From the IMG/VR virus record IMGVR_UViG_2630968876_000001, positions 1 through 64,000 of that record: a stretch of 64,000 bases of DNA; one strand, written 5' to 3'. Of this stretch, positions 54,277-63,892 are shown piece by piece (positions within the stretch are counted from its first letter, which is position 1; every line of letters starts with the position of its first letter). The notes under the pieces were generated by a model. The model was not told the DNA's origin. It saw nothing but the letters and a program-made list of their open reading frames with translations, and searched no databases. The stretch comes from a virus. Its lineage: Duplodnaviria > Heunggongvirae > Uroviricota > Caudoviricetes. Both the position numbers and the translations under genes were made by a program.

Positions 54277-54828
54277 TTACCAGGAACTCATTGCGGGGAT
54301 AATTGCCCGGTTAGCGGAGATCTGCGCTTCCAGATCGGTTTTGCGCTGGTGCAGCGTGGCTTCATCCGGCAGAAACGTTGCATCAAACTTTCCGGCGATG
54401 TGCAGCCGGCGCAGGCGCTCCACGTTAGGAATCGCTATCAGCGCTTCAAGGTAATCTTCAATCAGCCCGGTAATGTCCGGCGGCAGCGTCGCCACGTCAT
54501 AATCGCAGTCGCGGATATTGCGAAAGTAGAGCAGGGTGAGCGGCCATTTTTCGCGGCCAGTCAGCTCAAGCTCTATGGTGGATTCCCAGGGATCGGCGTA
54601 TACCAGCGCGCCATTGAAGTCGTTCACGTTTACCAGCGAGAGGTAATCAGACGGAAACGGGAGGCTTGCGCCCCCCGTTTTTTCAATGCGTATGCGACCG
54701 GTTACGCCGGCCCGATCCTGATAGACGCCCAGTGCCTGGCGGAGAAGGCTTTGCAGCAGCGGTGCCTCGTCCACCAGCAGCGTCGTGAAGCGCGTTTTTA
54801 CGGCTTCAAGCAGTTCGGCCGGCGTCAT
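54277..54828 (-). CDS. tail structural/assembly protein, 183 aa
   Basis: Tightly packed in the tail operon. Confidence 0.4.
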   Translation of the reverse strand: MTPAELLEAVKTRFTTLLVDEAPLLQSLLRQALGVYQDRAGVTGRIRIEKTGGASLPFPSDYLSLVNVNDFNGALVYADPWESTIELELTGREKWPLTLLYFRNIRDCDYDVATLPPDITGLIEDYLEALIAIPNVERLRRLHIAGKFDATFLPDEATLHQRKTDLEAQISANRAIIPAMSSW

Positions 54829-54830
54829 GA

Positions 54831-55322
54831 TTATTCAGCCCAGTTGTACACAACGCGCAGCGGCAGCTTGACGGCTGCAGTCGTGTCCTCGGAGCCAAAA
54901 TCCACGGCGTCTGAGTAGATTTTGCAGTGCAGGTAGTTACGCGTCAGGCCAGCGTCAGCGCCGCTGTTTGACTCGGCGGCGGCGGCAAAGGTGAGATCCA
55001 GATACTCTTTGTTGAGCACCATTTTGCGGACGGCTGCAAAGACGTCGCCCTTAATGGTTTCAACGCAGGTCATCTGGAACTCGCCGGAGTTTTTCAGTAC
55101 GCCGTGCTGGTTAAACTTCATGCCGCCTGGCGCAACGTCCTCAACGTCCTCGCGCGCCATTTCAGGCAGCTGAGTTGTGCGGACCAGAATGGACAGATTC
55201 GGGTAACCCTTAACGGTCATCCAGTATTCGGAGCCGATAAGTTTTTCACCGGCGGCAAGGTTCTGGTTAAAGCGTTTTTTCAGAAATGCCACGTCGGGTT
55301 TTGTGTTGGAAAAGCCGGACAT
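54831..55322 (-). CDS. tail tube protein candidate, 163 aa
   Basis: Size typical for contractile-tail tube proteins. Confidence 0.35.
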   Translation of the reverse strand: MSGFSNTKPDVAFLKKRFNQNLAAGEKLIGSEYWMTVKGYPNLSILVRTTQLPEMAREDVEDVAPGGMKFNQHGVLKNSGEFQMTCVETIKGDVFAAVRKMVLNKEYLDLTFAAAAESNSGADAGLTRNYLHCKIYSDAVDFGSEDTTAAVKLPLRVVYNWAE

Positions 55323-55332
55323 AAATTGTTCC

Positions 55333-55923
55333 TCAGATAAACATAAATGGAATATCAGACTGGTTCTGGACGCTCTGGCCGGAGCACTGCAGCGTGACGG
55401 TGTTGTGCGTGTAATACCCCTCAGCGGTGCGGGGCGCGTCCAGCTGGTAGCTGACGCTTTTGATCACAACGTCCATGATCTTCAGGCGGCGCCCGATATC
55501 CAGAATGACGGGGAGAGGACGGCGACCGCCGGGGAGGGCGGCATTCAGTTCAGGCGAAGCCATCTGCTGCAGCGCCATGATTGCGTCCATCACTTCGATC
55601 TTCGCGTTCACGGTGGCCATCAGGTCTACCACGATGCTGAACTCTGGCGGCTGCTGGCCTTCCCAGATAAGCAGGGAGTTAAATTCAGACTTTGAGGTAT
55701 TCCCGGTTGCCGCCTGCGTGCCGCTTGCCAGCTTGCCCGCTGCCGTGCTGACCGCACCGGCCACGCCGCCAAGCGAGTCATTGGCAAAAGGGGATTCCCA
55801 CATGGATTCGAGACTGGCGCTCGACCCTTCCCCGATATAGCCCACTACCATCGCCGTCTGAGACGTGATGTAGAGCTTCAGGAATGGGCTTACCCCGTCC
55901 GGCATGATTGCACCGCAGATCAT
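55333..55923 (-). CDS. tail structural protein, 196 aa
   Basis: In the tail operon. Confidence 0.4.
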   Translation of the reverse strand: MICGAIMPDGVSPFLKLYITSQTAMVVGYIGEGSSASLESMWESPFANDSLGGVAGAVSTAAGKLASGTQAATGNTSKSEFNSLLIWEGQQPPEFSIVVDLMATVNAKIEVMDAIMALQQMASPELNAALPGGRRPLPVILDIGRRLKIMDVVIKSVSYQLDAPRTAEGYYTHNTVTLQCSGQSVQNQSDIPFMFI

Positions 55924-55966
55924 CGCGCTATCCTCATTGCCGCCGGCGTTAACCGGCGGCTATCCC

Positions 55967-56671
55967 TTACAGACCGCGCTTTTTGCGCAGCTTCATCGAC
56001 TTCTTACGGTGCGCGTTCGCCATTGAGCTGTGCGCCTTCATGCGGGCTTTTTTGAGCGCCTGCTTCTGCAGAGACGTCATGCGGCGCTTCTTCGGACGCT
56101 TGCGGATAAGCGTTACCACGCCATCGCGCACGGCTTTGAACGTGGCTGACTCAAGCATGGCTTCGCCACCTTTGCCGCCGGCAACGGTGTAGTCAGCAAT
56201 GGCTTCGTCGTCGTCGCTCAGGCCGGAAAGCGCCTCGAAAACGTTCTCAGCAGCGCTGTCGTCGTCGTCGTCGATCATGCTGGTGATGTCATCCTGATCC
56301 GCACCCAGGGCAACGGCAGCGTTAGCCAGCTGGCCCAGCGCGTCGTTAAACTGATCCACCTGGTCATCAGTCAGATCGTCGTCCTCTGCAATGCCATCCA
56401 GACCGGCCAGCACCAGCGCCAGCGCTTCAAAACTTTCAGCGTCGGCTTCGCCGTCGGCAATCCAGCCCGCCAGCAGGGACGCTGCAACAGAGCGGGCATC
56501 CTCACCGGCGCGACGCTCCACGGCTTCAAACATCGCCATGACGCGCGACTCTGCCGCTTTTTCGTCGTTGACGCCTTCCGCCATAAAGTCCTGTTTTACG
56601 GGCTCAGCTGCCGGCGCGGCAAACGCCGCGCCCAGGAGGCCATGAGACTTGTGGTTAAAAATGTTGTTCAT
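55967..56671 (-). CDS. highly acidic protein (poly-D tracts), 234 aa; scaffold/chaperone-like
   Basis: DDDDD, DDDLTDD and DDDDDSAAE tracts with a basic C-terminus (KKRRMTSLQKQALKKARMKAHS...). Confidence 0.4.
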   Translation of the reverse strand: MNNIFNHKSHGLLGAAFAAPAAEPVKQDFMAEGVNDEKAAESRVMAMFEAVERRAGEDARSVAASLLAGWIADGEADAESFEALALVLAGLDGIAEDDDLTDDQVDQFNDALGQLANAAVALGADQDDITSMIDDDDDSAAENVFEALSGLSDDDEAIADYTVAGGKGGEAMLESATFKAVRDGVVTLIRKRPKKRRMTSLQKQALKKARMKAHSSMANAHRKKSMKLRKKRGL

Positions 56672-56682
56672 AATTTCCTCTG

Positions 56683-58260
56683 TTAGCGGAGCAGGGTTGG
56701 CTTACCGACGATGCGGCGTGAAGAACCGGTAGGGCAGACAGACCAGGTGGCTTCCCACAGGTCGATATCTTTCTGCACAACGGCGATGACAAACGGCTCG
56801 GTACCCTGCGTGGCGTCACGCGGCTTAACCAGCGCCTCCGCGGCAACGAAGCGCTCCAGAACGTCTTTCAGGCCATCCGTGAGGCCTTTAAAGGTGATAC
56901 CGTCCGGCTCATGCTTGAGCGCTTCCGCCACGTCGTAAAAACTGCGCGCGATTGCGTTCATCAGTGAACTGATGTGCTGCAGGCGCAGGTAGTTGTTTTT
57001 GGCGAAGGTGGTCAGGGAATCGTCAATGTACATATTCCCGTTCTTGTCCAGGCTGACCGGGTTAATACGCGCATTTACAAAGGCTTCGCGGTCGATTTCA
57101 TCCAGGCTCGGGATCGGCTTGATGTTCTGGCGTCCGATAATGGCGCGCGACACGCCTGCCGGCGCGTAGTGCCAGCCACCGACGTCGGAGACCAGCGCAA
57201 CACCTTTCGCTTTCGCCACAAACGCATCGCAGGAGATCCCCCAGCTGACGTTGGTCCCGGTAAACGCGTCGCGCGCGGTGTACGGCCAGTAGTAACGCGC
57301 CGCCTGATGCGAACCGCCGAAACTATGGCTCTGCGCTTCGGCAATAGCGGCGGCTGACAGCTGCGCCCCGTGAATGTCATAAAACATATCGGTACGGGTA
57401 TCTTCAGCCAGCTTCACCAGCGCGGCGAGGATGGTCGGGTCATAGCAGCCCAGCGACAGCACGGCGGTCCAGGTGAACATGGACTTGCGCAGCACGGTCA
57501 GCGCTTTGGAGTAATCCGCCGTTTCAATCGCAGACAGATCGCCGTCGGTACCGCCGCTGAACTGCATATCCTCGAAGCCTTCGGTGATCTGCAGCATCTG
57601 CGTTTCAACGTCATCAGCTACCACGGCGCGCAGGCGGGTAGAGCCGTTTTCCAGCGCGGTCGGCAGGAACGCCGGAGATCCCATATCGCTGGTGGCGTCC
57701 GGATTAAAGGAGATCTGGTGTGACTCCAGCTCCGTTTCACCGCCGGCCGCGTCAACCTGCTTCAGCGTCAGGATGTAGAAGCCCGGAGCGGTTTTATCCG
57801 CCTCCATGCTCAGCGTGCGGTCTGCAGAGGCGTCACCATCCTCAATGTAAATCATGGCCGCAGCGCCAGCCGCCAGAACCGGATCGGTTCCCGGCGCGAA
57901 GTTGGTGGCAACCACGCTCAGCTCCTGCATGGTGGTATCAGCAGTCAGTGACAGGGCGGGGATCTTCATTCCCGGCGCCGGCACGCGTACCACATAGCCA
58001 TCGCCGCCGTTTACCGCCGTTGCAACGTGGCGCAGAGGTTCAAAAGCGGCGCCGCTGCGCGGGTGAATAGGCGCGCCCAGCACCGCCTGAAAGTTGTCAG
58101 CCGTAACGCGCAGTACGGAGCCGATTTTACCGCGGCGGGAAATGACCAGGCCTGCAAAGACGGACGCGCCGCCGGATGTGACCGACGTCGTTGCGTCAGC
58201 ATTGACTTCGCTTATGCCGACGCCAGCCGCCTGGCCTACTGCAAAAGGGATCTTATTCAT
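56683..58260 (-). CDS. tail sheath protein, 525 aa
   Basis: N-terminal sheath-like MNKIPFAVGQAAGVGISEVNADATT...SVFAGLVISRRGKIG. Size ~57 kDa, matching P1 gp22. Downstream of the capsid gene. Confidence 0.65.
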   Translation of the reverse strand: MNKIPFAVGQAAGVGISEVNADATTSVTSGGASVFAGLVISRRGKIGSVLRVTADNFQAVLGAPIHPRSGAAFEPLRHVATAVNGGDGYVVRVPAPGMKIPALSLTADTTMQELSVVATNFAPGTDPVLAAGAAAMIYIEDGDASADRTLSMEADKTAPGFYILTLKQVDAAGGETELESHQISFNPDATSDMGSPAFLPTALENGSTRLRAVVADDVETQMLQITEGFEDMQFSGGTDGDLSAIETADYSKALTVLRKSMFTWTAVLSLGCYDPTILAALVKLAEDTRTDMFYDIHGAQLSAAAIAEAQSHSFGGSHQAARYYWPYTARDAFTGTNVSWGISCDAFVAKAKGVALVSDVGGWHYAPAGVSRAIIGRQNIKPIPSLDEIDREAFVNARINPVSLDKNGNMYIDDSLTTFAKNNYLRLQHISSLMNAIARSFYDVAEALKHEPDGITFKGLTDGLKDVLERFVAAEALVKPRDATQGTEPFVIAVVQKDIDLWEATWSVCPTGSSRRIVGKPTLLR

Positions 58261-58306
58261 GTGATATTTCCATGAAATGCCCCCTTAACGGGGGCGTTAA
58301 AGGGGA

Positions 58307-60046
58307 TTAGCTGGCAGTACCGGTGGTGACAGCTTCAGGTGCGGTTTCGCCCTGAATTTTCTTGCCGGTCAGCATGTCGTAAGCGCCTTCTTTCGCATTG
58401 GTCAGCGTCAGCTTGGCGAAGTAATTCTCACCATTGCGCGGGTGCAGCTCGTTGAGGGAAGAACCCCAAAGCGTGGTGCGGTTGACCAGAGACGGGTTGG
58501 TTTCGTGGACATACGGGATTGCCGGAACGGCGTCACCGGCGATCAGGCCAGCATCACCGATGGAATCACCACGGCCATAAAACAGAATGTCCTCTTTGCT
58601 CAGCGCGACGCCGTTGGCCACAAACTGATCGCAGATAGCGGTCGGTACTTCGTAGATCGGATAGATGCCAAACAGGGTGCCGATGCGCTGAATGTACGGC
58701 GACTGGACAAAGTTAGGATCGGCCTGGAACACGTTAGCCGGAAGGCTTTTCAGGAAGTTTGCCGCCTCGCCACCTGCAAAACCGCCACGGATGCCAGCCT
58801 TACGGGTACGGTTCACCATGTCAGTGCTCAGCTGCGTAATGGCATGCTTCAGCAGCGTTACCCACGATTCGTAGGTCTGGCCTTCCGGCAGCGCTACGTC
58901 AAACTCACGATTGTAAACGGTGTGGAATGCCATAGTGCGCAGACGCATCATGTCCTGCTCATGGCTCAGCCAGTTACGCATTGCAGTAAACTGCGTGGAC
59001 GACAGGTTGATGCCAAATTCACGGCTCAGATCGGACGCAGACATCACGGTATGCTCTGACGCAATAACGAACTGCGACGGCTTGATGGTGAACTCACGCA
59101 TTGACTGGTTGATAACCGGGATCAGGCCTGGCGCTTTTTCAACGTTGATCTCGACCTGTGCGGCCAGCTCAGTACCTTTAGCCGGCGCATCGGTAAAGGT
59201 CACAGCAATGGTGCCTTTGTCGTAATCGACTTTACAGGTAGCCTGGAACTGGTTGCCTTTGACGTCTTTGTCGGAGAAAAACAGGTTGCCGTCAGTATCA
59301 TCGACTTTACTCGGACGACGGTTGATCAGCAGCTTGGTGCGGCCAGCACGGATCGGCATATCCGCATTCTCAATCGCCTTAATGCTGAAGGTGAAGGTTT
59401 TCTTGGTGCCGTCCGGCTGCGCTGCAGCAGGGAACAGGTACAGGCGTTTCATCTGCGAGTAAACCGCCGCAGACTGCATATGCATTTCATCGCCCTTCTG
59501 GAAGGTGCCAAAGCTGGTACCGGCCACGTTCATCAGCTCGTAAATCTTCGCTTCGTCGCGCTCGCACGGAACAAAGGTACATGCGTCGCTGGTGGCAGCG
59601 CCCAGCACCGCAGGCAGGATCAGCGCGGCAAACTGCGCCTGACGCATTACGCCGTCAGAGGTGCGCATATCAGCAGCCACGGACTCAAACATCGCTTTGC
59701 CGTTGCCTTCATGCTTTTCAGCCGCTGATTCGATCATCAGGTTTTCAAGCGCGCGGCTGGCGTTCGCCAGCTGATCAGCTGGTGGGTAATGACCGTTACG
59801 CTCTTTGTACTCGATCATGCTTGACGCCCACGCGGTGCCTACCAGACGGCAAAACTCCGGGTTAACGCCTTCAAACATCGGATCACGGCCAGCCGCCTCG
59901 CCAATACTGACGGACATAGACTGGCGGTCAGAAATCATTGAGCCATCTGCGTTGCGCTGTGCGTCAACGGTGAAAGCCATAACGCGCGATGCACGCTGCA
60001 TAACGTCCTGCTCGCGCTGGCGAGCCGGGGAAATATCTTTACTCAC
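58307..60046 (-). CDS. major capsid protein candidate (P1 gp23-like size), 579 aa
   Basis: Size ~62 kDa. Adjacent to the sheath gene, as genes 22/23 are in P1. Late-motif promoter upstream. Confidence 0.5.
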   Translation of the reverse strand: MSKDISPARQREQDVMQRASRVMAFTVDAQRNADGSMISDRQSMSVSIGEAAGRDPMFEGVNPEFCRLVGTAWASSMIEYKERNGHYPPADQLANASRALENLMIESAAEKHEGNGKAMFESVAADMRTSDGVMRQAQFAALILPAVLGAATSDACTFVPCERDEAKIYELMNVAGTSFGTFQKGDEMHMQSAAVYSQMKRLYLFPAAAQPDGTKKTFTFSIKAIENADMPIRAGRTKLLINRRPSKVDDTDGNLFFSDKDVKGNQFQATCKVDYDKGTIAVTFTDAPAKGTELAAQVEINVEKAPGLIPVINQSMREFTIKPSQFVIASEHTVMSASDLSREFGINLSSTQFTAMRNWLSHEQDMMRLRTMAFHTVYNREFDVALPEGQTYESWVTLLKHAITQLSTDMVNRTRKAGIRGGFAGGEAANFLKSLPANVFQADPNFVQSPYIQRIGTLFGIYPIYEVPTAICDQFVANGVALSKEDILFYGRGDSIGDAGLIAGDAVPAIPYVHETNPSLVNRTTLWGSSLNELHPRNGENYFAKLTLTNAKEGAYDMLTGKKIQGETAPEAVTTGTAS

Positions 60047-60104
60047 AAGTAGACCCTTTTTTCAGGGCGCGGCTGCGAGGGAACTTTTGACGGGGCAAAT
60101 TTAG

Positions 60105-60120
60105 GCGGTTTGTAATTTGC
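60105..60120 (-). promoter_or_regulatory. late-promoter-like motif (GGCGGTTTGTAATTTGC) ~60 bp upstream of the capsid gene
   Basis: Motif family member. Confidence 0.4.
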
Positions 60121-60157
60121 GTTGTGCGGTAGGCAAGAAAAAATTGCAATTATGAGG

Positions 60158-60183
60158 ATTTATTTTAGAAATGCATGTACATT
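60158..60183. promoter_or_regulatory. C1-operator-like motif (ATTTATTTTAGAAATGCATGTACAT) ~30 bp upstream of the plus-strand 60215 gene
   Basis: Motif family member in a divergent promoter region. Confidence 0.35.
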
Positions 60184-60214
60184 TAGGCGATGAATTTGAC
60201 CACTGGTATACCTC

Positions 60215-60649
60215 ATGGCTTATAAGCTCTACTTTCAATACGCAAACGGCTCCCGCTCACACATGCTTTCGACCGGCAGCCGGCGCGACGCCCAGCAGCA
60301 CCTTGATTACCTTCTGAGTGAGGCCGAACCCCGCTCACTGGCGCAGCAGATCATCATCATGTACGGCTCAGAAATTATTATGGAAGTCAGCCCGACATTA
60401 GATGATGACGGGATTCGCGCACTGCCTCGCTGGCGTAAAGCCGGTAACACGCAGCAGATGCATAACCCGGTTACGGCGTCTATTTACATGCCGAGTGCAG
60501 CGCGTGATTTTCTGCTGCTGGCGGGTGAGGGCAATCTGGCAGCGGGCATGCGTAAAATCATGCTGGAAACAGGCAGGCCGGAAATCACAGCAGCGTATAT
60601 GGCAGACACAGCGGGTAATTCTGAAACTGCCGCGCAGCCAGTGAATTGA
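60215..60649 (+). CDS. hypothetical protein, 144 aa (plus-strand insert in the structural module)
   Basis: ORF followed by a clean terminator (60692-60717). Confidence 0.45.
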   Translation: MAYKLYFQYANGSRSHMLSTGSRRDAQQHLDYLLSEAEPRSLAQQIIIMYGSEIIMEVSPTLDDDGIRALPRWRKAGNTQQMHNPVTASIYMPSAARDFLLLAGEGNLAAGMRKIMLETGRPEITAAYMADTAGNSETAAQPVN

Positions 60650-60691
60650 AAGTCTGAATAAAATAAAATAGCCACACACTAATAAATCATA

Positions 60692-60717
60692 AGCCGCTAT
60701 GTCAGCGGCTTTTTTTG
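60692..60717 (+). terminator. rho-independent terminator
   Basis: agccgct-atgtc-agcggct followed by TTTTTTT. Confidence 0.7.
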
Positions 60718-60747
60718 TGCGCGTTTTGCGCCTTGCAAGGAACACAC

Positions 60748-61338
60748 ATGGCTATTATTTCTACTCAGAATAACAAGAAATCTCCCCTCAATTACTGTCG
60801 TAAATTACTGCTGATTGCGTCAGTAATAACCGTTTTTTCAGGCACTCCAGGCATAGCAATAGCTGCGCAGGAAAATCCCGATGATCGCTCCTCAAAGGTA
60901 TCTGGCGAAGGATCTTTGCAATGGACAAATCAAGTAACGGGCCAAACTATACAGGTTCCTAAAGGCTGGAGTGTCTCAATGTCGTTAGTGAACGATCGGG
61001 TGTTTACGCTCTTTCACGAAGATATGAGCGGCGCAGAAATAACTATTTGTTATGAAGAAACCACAGATGAACTTGAGCGTTATGTGGCCGATATGCTGAA
61101 AATTTACCCCCAGCGGCATATAAAAATCACTGATTCCGATTTCACTAAGGCAGATGCAATTACTTTCTGGCTTGCAGATGGAGAAATAGAAAATGAAGCA
61201 GACAAGCGTTTCAGGACAGTTATATCTAAAAAGGATGGGCGCATGTGGATTATATCTGCAAATTTCCCCTTATGGATGCTTTATAAAAAAACAGACCTTG
61301 ATGATCTCATTGGCGACATAAGCTTGACAGCTTTATAA
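60748..61338 (+). CDS. secreted/periplasmic protein with signal peptide (AT-rich insert)
   Basis: ATG at 60748 with SD aagga. N-terminal MAIISTQNNKKSPLNYCRKLLLIASVITVFSGTPGIAIAAQ. Lower GC than flanking genes. Opposite strand to the surrounding late operons. Confidence 0.5.
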   Translation: MAIISTQNNKKSPLNYCRKLLLIASVITVFSGTPGIAIAAQENPDDRSSKVSGEGSLQWTNQVTGQTIQVPKGWSVSMSLVNDRVFTLFHEDMSGAEITICYEETTDELERYVADMLKIYPQRHIKITDSDFTKADAITFWLADGEIENEADKRFRTVISKKDGRMWIISANFPLWMLYKKTDLDDLIGDISLTAL

Positions 61339-61358
61339 GCAGCCCCGAAGGGCTACTT

Positions 61359-61661
61359 TCAGCGACTGGCGTTATAGTCTGATATCAGACCGTTTCGCCT
61401 GTTGCATTCATCGACTGAGGCCAGTATTCCTGCCACATAAGCGGGTAGCCTGTCGGTGAAGCCGGGAATGTTTTCATCCACCTGGCACGGCTGGTAAGCC
61501 AGCGCCTTTTGAGGCGGCAGCTCCACCAGCTTTGTGACCGTCACGACTTCGGGAATTAACGGCGCGGGCTTTGTCCCGGAGCATGCGAATAACGCTGGCA
61601 GGCAAAGCAGTATGATTAACGCCGGCAAGCAGTATCGCCCGGTTAATTTCATCAATTTCAT
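61359..61661 (-). CDS. o-spanin (Rz1-like outer-membrane lipoprotein) embedded in a different frame of the i-spanin gene
   Basis: Lipobox LFAC in MKLMKLTGRYCLPALIILLCLPALFACSG; small, Pro-rich and Cys-containing; overlaps the 3' part of the i-spanin gene. Confidence 0.65.
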   Translation of the reverse strand: MKLMKLTGRYCLPALIILLCLPALFACSGTKPAPLIPEVVTVTKLVELPPQKALAYQPCQVDENIPGFTDRLPAYVAGILASVDECNRRNGLISDYNASR

Positions 61662-61998
61662 TCTGACTATCCTCTTTAAGTTTCTGCAGATCCTGCTCAA
61701 GCTGCGCCTGTTTCTGCGCGTAGTCCTGGCGTTCTTTTTCCCGTTTCTCCAGCGCCTGCTGCAGCGTCTGCAGCTGCGCCTGCTGCTCAGAGAGCGAGGT
61801 TTTAAGCGTGCTGTTATTGCCGGTCAGCGTTTTGTTGTTCGCAGTAAGCGTGCTGTTTGCCGCCTCCAGCTGCGCAACGTGCGCAAAGTGATCCGTGACA
61901 ATCACATATCCCTTATGGCCTGCGGTCAGCAGCACGACGCAGAGCGCCACGGCTACCGCACGCTTGAGCCAGCCGGTCAGGGTGATTTGACTGAACAT
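61474..61998 (-). CDS. i-spanin (Rz-like), N-terminal TM followed by a coiled-coil periplasmic domain
   Basis: TM AVAVALCVVLLTAGH, then coiled-coil QLEAANSTLTANNKTLTGNNSTLKTSLSEQQAQLQTLQQALEKREKERQDYAQKQAQLEQDLQKL. Confidence 0.7.
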   Translation of the reverse strand: MFSQITLTGWLKRAVAVALCVVLLTAGHKGYVIVTDHFAHVAQLEAANSTLTANNKTLTGNNSTLKTSLSEQQAQLQTLQQALEKREKERQDYAQKQAQLEQDLQKLKEDSQNEIDEINRAILLAGVNHTALPASVIRMLRDKARAVNSRSRDGHKAGGAAASKGAGLPAVPGG

Positions 61999-62000
61999 AG

Positions 62001-62768
62001 TTACTCCTCGTTGAGCGCAGCCAGAACGGCTGCGGGCATAATGGCGCTGACGGCCTGACCCATAACCGGATCGCCGCTCAGGCCGGACGTAAGCGCGATG
62101 GCCACCGCATCCGACATGGCTTTTTTTGCCGTGCTGGTGGACGCGCTGACCTGATCCGCCAGGCGGGCAAGTGCAGACGTGCTGCCGGGAAGGGGCAACA
62201 GCAGTGCATCGAGCGCGCTGGTTGCCTCGCTCAGCGCGGCTGTTTCCTCTTCGGTGAACGCTGGCGCGATTGCGGCCCCTCCCGTTGCGCCCGGTGCTGC
62301 AGCAGCGCCTGCTTTTGCGTTAATTGCCCCCATTGCCCCAGAGAGCGCGGAGAGCGATACGGCCTGCAGCAGATCGCCCACTGCGCCTGTAATGGCTTTA
62401 TCCCCCATTGCGGCCACCAGCGCGAACGCCGGAGCCGGAGAGAGACGATTACCCTTTACGTGACACTCCCATCCGGTTTTCAGCTGCAGCAGCTCAGACG
62501 GGCTGCTGAAGGGCTTAACCGCTGCCACGAATCCGGCAGCAGCGCCTGCTGCAGTGTCCAGGCTCGCCGCATAGCCTGACAGCTTCCCGGTATACCCGGA
62601 GACCTCAGCCGGATAGGTGACGTCCGGCAGCAGCAGCGCCCTGACGGATGCGGCCAGCTGCTCAGCGCGTGCCTGCGCCCCCTCGCACACTACAACCGGC
62701 GCTGGCGTAACCATGCCGGAGGCGGAGAGGGCAGCAAATGCGTTGATCTGTTTGTCGTTGTCGAGCAT
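62001..62768 (-). CDS. Ala/Gly-rich protein, 255 aa
   Basis: ORF between the PAAR-like gene and the spanins. Confidence 0.4.
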   Translation of the reverse strand: MLDNDKQINAFAALSASGMVTPAPVVVCEGAQARAEQLAASVRALLLPDVTYPAEVSGYTGKLSGYAASLDTAAGAAAGFVAAVKPFSSPSELLQLKTGWECHVKGNRLSPAPAFALVAAMGDKAITGAVGDLLQAVSLSALSGAMGAINAKAGAAAAPGATGGAAIAPAFTEEETAALSEATSALDALLLPLPGSTSALARLADQVSASTSTAKKAMSDAVAIALTSGLSGDPVMGQAVSAIMPAAVLAALNEE

Positions 62769-63052
62769 TACTTAACCTCAAACCCGGCTTCGCCCGTGGC
62801 GACCACCGACCCGCACGAAACCGGATCGTTGACGCACACAATGCCTTTGCCGTTGATGGTGAACCACGGACGACCCGTAACCGCCGTGCCGTTGTGAGTA
62901 CTGCTGCCGTCGGTGTGATCCGGAAACAGCTTGCCGTCCACCAGCACGGGCTTGCCGTTGATGGTGAGCCCCGCGTCAGCCTCAGCGGTCTGACGCGAGG
63001 GGAAGCCATCGTGTCCGGAACAAACCGAGTCCAGCGTGCCGGCGGCAGGCAT
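62768..63052 (-). CDS. PAAR-repeat-like spike-tip protein, 94 aa
   Basis: Repeated Gly/Cys-containing beta-strand motifs: SVCSGHDGFP, LTINGKPVLVDGK, FTINGKGIVCVNDPVSCGSVVATG. Confidence 0.45.
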   Translation of the reverse strand: MPAAGTLDSVCSGHDGFPSRQTAEADAGLTINGKPVLVDGKLFPDHTDGSSTHNGTAVTGRPWFTINGKGIVCVNDPVSCGSVVATGEAGFEVK

Positions 63053-63079
63053 CAGACTGCCCCGGCGCCGGAGCGCGCT

Positions 63080-63277
63080 TTATTCGTCATCAGGTATCAG
63101 CTCCAGATCCCCGCGGGTGTAGTTAAGCGGGCAGGTGTAGTACGGGTGTTTCAGCACATAGCGCTGCCCGTTCTCCAGCCAGTCCACCCGGTCAACTACG
63201 CACACTTCACCGTTAAACAGGTTGCCGCGTATGCATACGCGGGAGCCTTTGCGGATCGGCTTCTCAGCTGTGACCAT
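63080..63277 (-). CDS. small protein, 65 aa
   Basis: ORF overlapping the stop of the upstream gene. Confidence 0.3.
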   Translation of the reverse strand: MVTAEKPIRKGSRVCIRGNLFNGEVCVVDRVDWLENGQRYVLKHPYYTCPLNYTRGDLELIPDDE

Positions 63278-63855
63278 CAGGATTCCAGCAGCTCGTAGAA
63301 GTCATCAGGGATATCGCTGAACGACATGAACATACCCAGCCAGACGGCGCGGCTTGCGTCGGTGATATAGCGCGACATTTTGACGGTAGACAGCACGTTG
63401 CTGACCCATTTGGTCTGCGTGCGCTGGTCAAGCGGTGACATTTCATCCCACTTATCCGTAGCCATTTCGCGTGCCAGGTTAAGGGCGTACATGGTGGCCC
63501 ACATTACCGGCATCAGATCGACGGTTTCCGGCTCGTCCGGCAGCTCTGCCTGCGCTTCCAGATAGAACTCATACGCGACCTGGCAGATGTAGGTTGGCGT
63601 CAGCATGTAGCGCGATTCCGGGCGCATGGCCATCAGGCGCACGCGGGTATCTTCTGCCGTGGCGTTTGCCATGATCTGCTCAATCATGATGTTGCGTGTG
63701 GCGCGCTGCGACGGGGTAAAGCGCCAGTAAGGCGTTTCCAGCAGCACGCGGGTTTCAGGGGAGTAGTTATATTCGTACTGGAACTGCGGATCTTCGCGCA
63801 GCGCCATGCTCAGGTTGTGGAAAAGCTCAAATGCGGTAGGCTTACGGTTGCTCAT
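63277..63855 (-). CDS. hypothetical protein, 192 aa, first gene of a late operon
   Basis: Late-motif 38 bp upstream of its start. Confidence 0.45.
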   Translation of the reverse strand: MSNRKPTAFELFHNLSMALREDPQFQYEYNYSPETRVLLETPYWRFTPSQRATRNIMIEQIMANATAEDTRVRLMAMRPESRYMLTPTYICQVAYEFYLEAQAELPDEPETVDLMPVMWATMYALNLAREMATDKWDEMSPLDQRTQTKWVSNVLSTVKMSRYITDASRAVWLGMFMSFSDIPDDFYELLES

Positions 63856-63892
63856 AATTTACTCTGTTGAGTTAAAGGAAGCGGCACCTTAA

